Program-made: the position numbers and the translations under genes
Assembly (NCBI GenBank): GCA_964270895.1
Contig: OZ185436.1
Length of the DNA stretch: 64,000 bases
Source: Podarcis filfolensis
Taxonomy: Eukaryota
Reading direction: 5' to 3' (one strand)
Part shown: in pieces, positions 54,658-64,000 of the stretch
Numbering within the stretch: position 1 is the stretch's first letter
Layout of the letters: each line of letters opens with the position of its first letter
Notes under the pieces: model-generated
The model's database searches: none
Told to the model about the DNA's origin: nothing
Seen by the model: the letters and a program-made list of their open reading frames with translations, nothing else

Positions 54658-56316
54658 CGCAGGAAAGATGGAGGCAGAAGCACTAACACAGGGTTGGGGA
54701 AGCTGAGGCCCTCTGGATATGGTTGGACTCCCAACTCCCATCTGCCACCAGGCATTCTTATTTCTTCCCTTCCAATATATATTTTTATTCTGTTATTTAT
54801 TTATTTATTAAATTTATATACTGCCCTTCATCCAAATATCACAGGGCAGTTTACATATATAATCACTTTAGCCACCCAAACTAACAGGGAGCAAACACAG
54901 ATACCCACAACCACTCTCTATGTAGATATTAATATCAGGTATACGTAACTTTATCTGGATTGCACTCTGCTACATCTGGGCTAAAAAGAGCTGTTGAATA
55001 ACAGCTACAGCATGACAATGTTCAATCTGCTGGAAATATTGTGATGTATTATAGTTCATTAAATTAACCCCCTAAACCCAGTAGTTTCAGAAGAGTTTAC
55101 TGCAGCGACCCTCCAGCAGTGACAGAACTACATTTTGGGGGCCCTGAACCTTGAACTGTCATGGGGGCCCCTTTGCCACCAGCAACAAGGTCTGAGTAAG
55201 TCCTGTTATCGTCTTCAATGGGATTGTTCCGTGACAGATCACCACACCTTTATAACACTTGTGCTACCGACTCTCTAACTTTGGGATTGTTGAAATACTG
55301 ACAATAAAATAACAATTTGAGTCACGCCACTCAAATTGGGTCTACTAGACCCAAAGATCAATGTGGACTCAAGTTGCTTCTGGGCTCCCTCCAGGATTAG
55401 GGCCCTGGAGCCTAAGCTTCATTAGTTTCATAGTAGATCCACTCCTGCCCTCCAGTTAAATTTGTATCTCTGTTGGTTCCTTTGAACACCTGGGTGCTAG
55501 TCCGGGAAACAGTGTGGTGACCTCCTTGAGATCGGTAGGGGTTTTCCCCAACTCTTTTTAATCTAACTGAAGTGCCTAGATCTTGGTGTTTGTGTACATC
55601 AAAAGCAGTTTGCCACGGTGTGTGGGAAGCTGATGTTAAGGTAGGGGAGAAAAGCCAGCAGCCCCACCAAACATTCAGAAGCCTAAAAGTGAAAACCTCT
55701 CAGCATTGTTGGCTGCCTTGCGTCTAATGTCAACCTGACCATCTATCTATATATATGTCCCTGTGATCTAACTCTTTGGGAATTGCTTCTCTGAATTTGC
55801 ACACTATCTGTGAGAAAAATTGCTGTAAACCATTATCTGCAAAAGAAGTCCTCTTCAGGGATTTGACCTGGAGCCCTGTGGGCTAAAGTGGGTGTGGTGG
55901 GAGTGGCACATGGCTTCTCCCCCCCCCTCCCAAATCTGACCTTCACTTGCATACTGTGAAAGTCTGAAGGTTTCTTTTAAAAAACAACAACAGCAACACA
56001 CGAGTGCATTTGGGTGCATAAGCTTACAAGCTTCTCTGATACTGGAAATCCTGAGAAGGCATTTGCCCAAGCACACTTGCAAAGCTCCTTTCAGACCTCC
56101 ATCCCAAACAAGTGAAGGTCAGGCATGGAGGGGCTGTGTGTGACGCCCATGCTCCCAGTTCCCCATCCCACTTTTGCGATGCTCGTGCCCCCTTCCCACT
56201 TCAGCCTCTCCCATGCCCAGGCTGAATGTCTGGAAAGGGACACAGTTTGAAAGGCAACATCAAAACTTCATGGACATATGATTCTCACGAGGCCACCAGA
56301 GACCCAGAGTACTCAC

Positions 56317-56424
56317 GTAGTTATCTCTTGCAGACCAGCCGGGGTAGAGCTGCATGTGGAGCTGCCTTTCCTTGCGGGCCAGTTCATAGTACTTGGCTTG
56401 TTCCTCCCGTGACAGCGCGTGCCA
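56317..56424 (-). CDS. TCF7: TCF7 HMG-box exon 2 (108 nt)
   Basis: ttcag|TGG...TAC|gtgagt; [36 protein letters not shown]. Confidence 0.99.
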
Positions 56425-58585
56425 CTGAAACAGAAACCACAGAAAGCCGTGAGACACCAAGAGACACCACCCCTCTGATCAGAAAAGAGCAAATGCTAAG
56501 AGTGGATACCAGACATCAGGTTTGGGGAACCGTTGACCCTGCAGATGTTGCTGAACTGCACCTCCCATCAGCTCCAATGGCTAGGGATGATGGGAGGTGT
56601 GGCTAGCAGCACCTGGAGGGCCATATGGAAAACAGTTTCCACATATGGAAACAGTGCTGAGGCAGCTCACAACCACTTCTGAGAGGACCAGCAATACCAC
56701 CCTGAATCAGAAAACAGAAAGTTTCTGGAATTTTGGAAGGCAAGGGAATAATTTAATGAAGTTTCCATTGGTATCAATGGGAAATCGTTAATGTTTGTAC
56801 CCATACCAAGTGGTGGTGGTGATGGTAGTGGAGATTTTCAGGTGGGTTGCAGCTGGGGAGAGTAGATAAAGCTCTCCTCCCTATGCACTGCAGACAATTA
56901 CCTGCCCCACCCCCAGAACCTGTAATCAACTAAAGAAATGCTAGATGCTGAGGTGCCTGCTGCATATTAAGCAAAGACTTAGTTTGGTCCTTATACATCA
57001 TTACTCCAGTCACTGTAATGTAGTTGCACACTGCTCTCTGTTTTTATTCAAATAGACCGCTGTGTGCAGGGAGCAGGAAGCCTTTGCCATATAACCAGAA
57101 AGCAACAGTCTCTTATTTCTAGACATGAACGGTGAAGCATTTTGACTGCTCAAGTAAGACAAAACTGTTTTGGGAAAATGGAGAAGCCCACATTGGACTA
57201 AACAACCATTTATTTTCGTGGGTTTTCTCCTCCTTTGGCTTCTACAAAACAAACAAAAGTACAGGAAAAACTAGGTCTTTACTTACAAAATTTAAAATCA
57301 GAGTTATAATGTAGAGTTCTTGGGATTAAATTTAAAGTTGTGTGGCTCAGTGGTTTGTGCTCACAGAAACAAGGGAAAGTTGTATGCCAAGGTTAAGGGG
57401 GGGGGGAGAGGAATCCAGTAAATCCACTGATCATGAACTTGGGGAACCCAGAGTCAAATCCTTGCTCAACCATAGACTCACTGAGTGGTCCACTGGTAGG
57501 TCCCAAGGCCTCACTCAAAAGTTCCCCACTTACACAGTGAAAATCATTGGGACTTGTCTCACACAGTTTTGCAGACGCGTGCTTTGTGAAGTGAAAAGCA
57601 CTTTACATGTTAGAAGTGATCCAGAAACAATTGTGGAGTCTTAGCTGAAAACATATTGCTGCAGCTTAAATTTCCTGACAACATAGCAGCCTTGGAAAAC
57701 CCCAATAATAAAATAAATTATGCTCAGTGATGTGAGGAGTGGCATGCAGTCTGACACAGGTGGCAGCAGGCTGGCAAAAGACAATAAAACACAAAGCAAG
57801 GTGTTGAAGGCTTTCCTTGGCAGTTCCTACAGCAACGTACGGTTCCTTGAGACAATCTATGAAATTCATTATAGTGGATCTTGGAAGCCCACATAAATGC
57901 ACTCAGTGGAAGACATTTAGGCTATATAGGGAGGAGGTGGAGTAAAAGCACGGAGTCCTTGGCTCCCTAAGTTTCTGCTGACCCTTTCAGATTCTGCTGC
58001 AAGTCTGTAATACAGTATGCCAGGCCACTACAACTAAGAGAGTGGTTTCAAAACCATTAATGAGTATCCTAAAGAAAAGAAATACCCTGCATGGGCCACA
58101 ATCATCAGTCCCAGCTTCACTCGAGAGGACACCCACACCCACACACCCCATTGACCTCCTTGCTAAACATGGTTACCCTAATAGCAGCAAAGCAGCCTGT
58201 CCACAGTGCTGTGGGAACCTCCAGCTAATTCAGCTTGCAAATGGCCATTTGGAAATCTACACCACCAAGCATGAAAGGCCAGCCATGTTCCACCATCTTT
58301 ACCAACCCAGTGGAGTTGGGTCTGCATTTGCTCTTCAGGAGGCTGGATGAAGCCTGTGCTCAGATCCTGCTTGTAGGCTTCCCACAGACATCAGGTTGGG
58401 TGCTGTGAGAACAATATGGTGGACTAGATAGGCTTGATCTTCTAGTCAAGGTTCTCTTCATGTTCTTAAACCATGGATCCAAAAAGCCCACGGCCTCTGG
58501 AAGTACTGAAGATGCATTTGCTAGCGCATATCCATGACGCCTCCCTAGTCATCAGAACACCCCCACCTCCTTTTTGTGCTCTTAC

Positions 58586-58748
58586 CCGCCTTCCTAATAT
58601 CTGATTGATGGCTGCACTTTCTTTCAAGGTGCACTCAGCAATGACTGTCCCCCGCATCTCTTTCATATACAGCATGAAAGCGTTCAGAGGCTTCTTGATG
58701 GTAGGCTTCTTGGCTTCCTTCTCTCTCTTTGGTTCTGGTTGTGATTTC
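58586..58748 (-). CDS. TCF7: TCF7 HMG-box exon 1 (163 nt)
   Basis: caag|G AAA...CGG|gtaaga; [62 protein letters not shown] and VIAEC are TCF7-type. Confidence 0.98.
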
Positions 58749-59047
58749 CTTGCCGGAAACAGGAAAAAACAACAACCGGTTAGTAAAAAAGAACTGAGTG
58801 GTAACCGGAAATCTTGGCTGCTGGGAGAAGACTAAAATCCATGAGCCAAAACTTAGATTTAATTATATATATTAACAGTAAAATACAGACTCCAGCAATG
58901 GCCTAGTAGCTACCATTGGAGACACAACACTGGACTTTGTACAGTCCTGATTTGGCACAGACAGATATTACCTGTGATTTATTAAATTTGAGGCAAAACC
59001 CACTGCATTTACTGTTCCAATTTACAGAACTGTAAATGGTCTGCATC

Positions 59048-59181
59048 TGGGCTGGGGACCTCTGTGGTCCTCCAGGTGTTGTTGGACTCCAACTTCCATC
59101 AGCCCCAGCCCGCATTCTCAATGGTCAGGGATGATGGCACAGGAATCTAGAAACATTTGAAGGGCATCAGTTTCCCCACCC
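59048..59181. mobile_element. Short palindromic MITE-like repeat
   Basis: Imperfect TIRs gggctggggac / ttccccaccct with an internally symmetric body; related copies at about 17930-18010, 29305-29420, 54688-54755 and 56520-56630. Confidence 0.55.
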
Positions 59182-59385
59182 TCATCGAAACAGGCCTTGG
59201 GGCAGGGGGAAGCAGAGTGGCTGAGAGAGGCATGAAATGTCATCCTCCTAGCTACCTTTTCCCCATTGGAAGTGGCACCATACTGGCTCTGCTTTGCCAA
59301 GGAGAAGCAGCTTCAAAAAGTTGCAAAATGGATGCGGAATTATATCGTTCCAGCCTAAGCGTTCTCTCAAGACCTGGTCACTTAC

Positions 59386-59496
59386 ATGCTCCGGTCGTAA
59401 TGGTCAAACTCTTGTTTCCCAGAGGGAGATGTGATACCCGGGTGCGGGATTCCTGTGGTGTGCATTCCAGAGCCGAGCATCAAGGGATGTGTGATC
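59386..59496 (-). CDS. TCF7: TCF7 pre-HMG exon (111 nt)
   Basis: acag|G ATC...AGC AT|gtaagt; ITHPLMLGSGMHTTGIPHPGITSPSGKQEFDHYDRS(M), matching human TCF7 FTHPSLMLGSG...PPSGKQE. Confidence 0.95.
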
Positions 59497-61319
59497 CTGT
59501 AACATAAAGCATGTTTGTGACTGCCTGGGCTTTTTAACAGATTACATACCTCCTGGGTTTCAAACTGCAGTTGGACTCATGCTAATTAAATGAGAGAGAA
59601 AGAGAGAGAGAGAGAGAGGACCACCTTTAAGAATGCTCAGTAGACTGATATTAAAACGGAATGGTTGCATATTCAATGACAATTCCAAAAAACACACAGC
59701 AGCGGAAACATGGGTTTCTAAAAGCTTACGCAGCTGCAAAAGGTCTGTAGCATGGATCCTTAGTTATATTCTGTGGAGCTGCCACATTCTGGAACAGGGC
59801 CATTGAATTAAGACAGGCAACACTGGGACGTTTAGCAATGGCAATCCTACCTAATGATTTGTTTTTCAAGTGTTTGGGAGACAGAGGTTTGCCCACTAGG
59901 TGGCACTCTTTGAATTTTTCCTTCTATATTCATAGTAGCAACTGAGCAGGAGCCCATTAACTGAGTACAATTTACATGTGAAGTAACTCTTACATCCATT
60001 TGCATTATCCTAGGCCATCCTGACATTCTGTAGTACTAGCAGTTGTAGAAATAATAATTTATAATTTATACCCCACCCACCTGGCTGGGTTTCTGTAAGT
60101 GAAGCATTCTTCCTGAACTATAATAACACCCAAGAGTGCTGCATCGCAGCTCTTGACGAAGCTGATGGCAATGCCAAGCCTGACTTGGTATTTTCTCCTC
60201 ATCGGGCCTGCAGTTAAATAGAGGCTACAAGACTTAATTTGGTGTGTGATTAAACTTAAAGAGCTGTACTTAACTGTTCTCAGCGCACACACCATTTTTT
60301 AGTTTCAAAGAGTGGGCATTTTGCACTGGCTTTTGGCTGCGTATGTTTGGTTTGGGGCTGTCTTGCCCAAGTAATCCATGGTCCTAGTGACACTGTGAAG
60401 TGTGGCTAAGCCAATTTCAGGTTAGGCCTTGGGCAAAACTTTTTATACCAACTGCTTTGCAAAAACAATATGGAATTAAGCCATTGGTCCTTCTAGCTCA
60501 GTATCATCAGCTCTGATTGGCCATGGCTCTCCAGGGTTTCAGGCAGGGTTCTCTCACAGCCATATCTGGAGATACCAATGATTGAAGCAGATGCCCTCTC
60601 ACTAAGCCTCAGCCTAACAGTGTGATCTAGCACCTCACGCTGGATATTCAGATCTCACTTGTTGACACTGTATTGTTAGGGCTGTAACACAAACATTATC
60701 GCTGTCTCCAGGCCTCATTGCCTCCCTGGAGCAATTCTGAGCACAATGGGACCTGGGAGGGAAAAGCCAATGCTATCATTGCGATCATAGCACAGCTACT
60801 TAAGATTAATAGTTTATACACCCTTCATCAGGCTTGTAAAATATTTTCAGCACTGGAGAATGATGCTGTCAGTTTACCAAGCTTCATGACTGAAGCTTGA
60901 GACAGCAGGATTGCCCATGGGAGACAACCAACTGTTCATTAGCTCTGTTGGCACAAAAAGAAATGATGCTTGATTTTAATCTACTAGCATGACTTGAAGC
61001 TTGATCATTATCTGCCGAGGTGAGTGTTCTTGTCTGCGAAACCTGTAAAGTGGGAATGCCGGTATGATGAAGAATGAAACTGTCAGGCAACCCAGGAGGT
61101 CTGCAGAGTCATTTATCTTAAATATTAAGATGCTTAGACTGGAGTAGTTGCCTCCGGCAGGCTGAAAATTAAGGTAATAACAATAATACTATCGTCCTCA
61201 TCATAATCAAGTGCTTTTTTGACTACTGTTCCTAAAGCAAATCCCATGATGTCTTCATCAAGAGACGTACTGAGCACTCTCATTAAGACTACACAGAGTA
61301 GAAGGCAAAGCTAGAGAGA

Positions 61320-61477
61320 NNNNNNNNNNNNNNNNNNNNNNNNNNNNNNNNNNNNNNNNNNNNNNNNNNNNNNNNNNNNNNNNNNNNNNNNNNNNNNNNN
61401 NNNNNNNNNNNNNNNNNNNNNNNNNNNNNNNNNNNNNNNNNNNNNNNNNNNNNNNNNNNNNNNNNNNNNNNNNNNNN
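61320..61477. other. Assembly gap (158 N)
   Basis: Run of N inside a TCF7 intron. Confidence 1.
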
Positions 61478-62716
61478 CCCTGTCAGACCTTCTCAAGACA
61501 GACAAGGAAGATGGAAGTTGGCTTCAGATCCTTCTAATGAATTCTTGAACAACTCACAACCAGCATCTGGATTGGTAGTGCAGATCTGGAGGGACAATGG
61601 GAATTGTGTTCCCTTGTGTAGGCAGGTCTAAGTTTTTTAAAGTGTTGCATGGGGGGCACTGCAGCACACAGTCCTGCCACCAAAAAAGGAGCAGCCTGAC
61701 AAAAGCAAATATTTCGTTTGTATCATGGTACACTGATGCTTCTAGTTTACTACCATCCTCAGCCATTGTAAATTGCCATACATTTCCAGGTTACCAAAGC
61801 CAGCAATCTTAAGCCAAGGGAGGGCTCTTGTCAGGGGCCATACAAGGAATTAACTGAACAAGGAGGACATTGCCAGGCATCTGCCTTGCACTCAAGTAGT
61901 GCATGATGCATGGAGGAAAGCTGACAGTGGACTCAAGTAGTGGAGTGAGGTAGGAATGAGAACCTGACCTGATGGTTTGAATTTATCAGGTTCTCTGTCC
62001 CAAACAAGACCAATTTCTACTTTTGTTAGCTGAAGATGACCATTGCAGAGGTAGTAATAAGGGTGCCCATTATGTTCTGCAGTATTATGAAGTGACACCA
62101 CAAGGGGAGCCTTATGCTGGAGACAGACAACAGCGTTGTTGGTTCTTTTGAGAGCTGAAAGCAAAAAGGGACACCATTGCTTGCAATGTGTGTGCTCATC
62201 CTTCTTACCAGGCCTGGTAAATAACTTTTGCAAAGTTTTGCATTGTTGTTGTTTATTAAAAAAAAAATCTGGGGAGGAAGAACTGTTTAACCACAGGCAA
62301 CAATAGAACAAAAGAAATGTGCGCACACCATGAGAGGTGAAACCTTTCGTCAAAGCACTTACAGACTCTATTTTTTGTCTCCAGCCACATAAGGCTAAGA
62401 GACATACTGATGTTTGAGGCTGCAGTGGTGGTGCTCACACGAAGACGGACTTTACAGCATCTTCATGAGGGTTCTCTCTCTCCACCCCCTACTATTGTTG
62501 ACCAAAGCCAAAATTGTGTTACTCCTTTTTGAGAGCGTGCTAAGTTTGTGTGTTGTTTTAAAGGATTATTATTTTAAAAAGCCACCTGCCTAAAACAGGA
62601 GACTCCCTTCCCTGTTGCTGCCACCCAGAAGCCTCCCTAAGTGCTGCAAGCTTGAACGGCGTGGACTGCAAAAGAAGCAGAGTGATTTTGTCCTGACTTA
62701 GGCAGCTCATACTTAC

Positions 62717-62803
62717 CTAGAGAAAGAAGCCCCAGCAGTGAGCGCCGACGTATAGGGCTGTCTAAATCCACATGACTGGAAAGGACAGACAGGCTGGCTC
62801 TGC
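62717..62803 (-). CDS. TCF7: TCF7 context-dependent regulatory domain exon (87 nt, phase 2-2, cassette type)
   Basis: cccag|G CAG...TCT AG|gtaagt; QSQPVCPFQSCGFRQPYTSALTAGASFSR, similar to the QGQPVYP..GFRHPYP exon of TCF/LEF proteins. Confidence 0.9.
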
Positions 62804-63542
62804 CTGGGATCAGGAAGAAAGAGTCCATAAAGCATCTATATCGGTGCCACCTTTCCTGCATACCCTTTTCCCAACTGGACTCGTCATGGACTTGTATTTT
62901 TGGGAAAAGGAGAAGCCTCCTGTTGTACATTGGCTTCTGTCCCGATGGGGAGGTGAGGCGAGGTGAGCTTCAGCTGGAGGTGGGTCTAAACAGGTCTACA
63001 GGAAAGTTCCACTAATGCCACCTTAAAACCCTACCTGTGCTTATTATACTCCCAGTTCTGCAACGTTGCTAAAGAACTAGGTCTCGATCCAAGTTGATTT
63101 GCACACAAGCTTCTTGACGCACCCTCCCTATAGCCCTAAAGGGTGACATTTCAAATCCTACTGCATGTCGATTCCAAATGCTTTCTCCTTAACTGTAATT
63201 GAAGCAGGAACCTTTGGGTTTGGAGTGCTGTTGATGGCATCGCTTACTCTTGATTCTGCACCTTAGTCCCTAAAAACTGGTGCAGGGTAAAGATGAGCAG
63301 GATCAGCATGAGTGGCACAGCTGGAAGACTGAGTGTAGTTCAAACTCCCACAATAGTTTGTGCCTGCTCTTTGATCTATGCCCTTGCTCCCCTCGTGGGT
63401 TAGTGTTAAGGCCTGGGTAGACCTCTCTGTATCAATAATAATAGGCATATTACAGTGGCTGTTGAGTTCTGAGTCAGTAGGTCCAAATCACACTTGAACT
63501 CATTAGGTGAACTTAGACAACTCTCTGCTCCTTCTCCCTAAG

Positions 63543-63547
<5 letters not shown>

Positions 63548-63615
<68 letters not shown>
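63548..63615. repeat. Compound (TAA)n(TGA)n microsatellite
   Basis: TAA array followed directly by a TGA array. Confidence 0.95.
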
Positions 63616-63619
<4 letters not shown>

Positions 63620-64000
63620 GCCTACTTGACAGGCTGAACAGAGGGATCAATGACATATGCAACACTTTAAATCTCCTAAGTATTATTACTATTCCTACTA
63701 GTTCATTACTTGCTTAAAAACTTGCAACCCAAGCAACATTGCTGCAAACTTAGGAGCACATGTAAAAATATGCTGAACACTAGCCAAGTGCTACAACAGG
63801 AAGCAGGCTTTTGAAGTTTCAACATTTGGGCCTTGGAGATGAGAACGCAGTTTAATTCTGAAGTGACATTCATTATTCCATAGGCCAAGATTCCCCAAGA
63901 AAAGAAATGGTTGTTGCCAAGGAAGTTTTTCATCAATGTGAACCTGACATGGAAATTATTTCAACTGGAAAATCAATCCACGATTCTGACTATTCAAAAT

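Noticed and set aside
60130-60207. 78-nt in-frame candidate exon in a TCF7 intron
   Set aside because: The donor GG|gtgtta is weak, the pyrimidine tract is poor, and the peptide is unrelated to TCF proteins.
38852-62803. LEF1, TCF7L1 or TCF7L2 instead of TCF7
   Set aside because: [20 protein letters not shown], the GGKR.AFGTY tail and SKP1 synteny are TCF7-specific.
43278-63376. TCF/LEF sites (CTTTGAT/ATCAAAG) as an autoregulatory cluster
   Set aside because: The sites are scattered at about the chance frequency for CTTTGWW (roughly one per 2 kb) with no clustering.

Overview
This is vertebrate nuclear DNA, not prokaryotic. The repeat content (Sauria SINE, Squam-type SINEs, BovB, CR1/L2, TA-flanked and hAT MITEs) points to a squamate, most likely a lacertid lizard (inference). 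The window holds the conserved PPP2CA-SKP1-TCF7 synteny block. PPP2CA (+) exons 2-7 lie at 9365-13567, with exon 1 upstream of the window. SKP1 (+) is complete: CpG-island promoter, non-coding exon 1, and five coding exons at 21963-30794 giving 163 aa. The 3' half of TCF7 (-) converges on SKP1: exons from 62803 down to 38852 cover the HMG box, basic tail, C-clamp and a dual-frame last exon. All splice sites were read manually as GT-AG with consistent phases. Most ORF-track entries are chance ORFs or exon read-throughs. I cannot demonstrate a wholly new biological system. The best lead is a candidate 93-nt in-frame cassette exon (47539-47631, minus strand) with tandem acceptors between the TCF7 HMG box and its basic tail/NLS. 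Other leads are non-canonical residues in conserved TCF7 motifs, an exon-phase layout permitting in-frame PPP2CA-SKP1 read-through fusions, and a possible divergent small-ORF exon at the SKP1 promoter. There is one assembly gap (61320-61477). Comparisons to human proteins and repeat consensus sequences are from memory, not from database searches.
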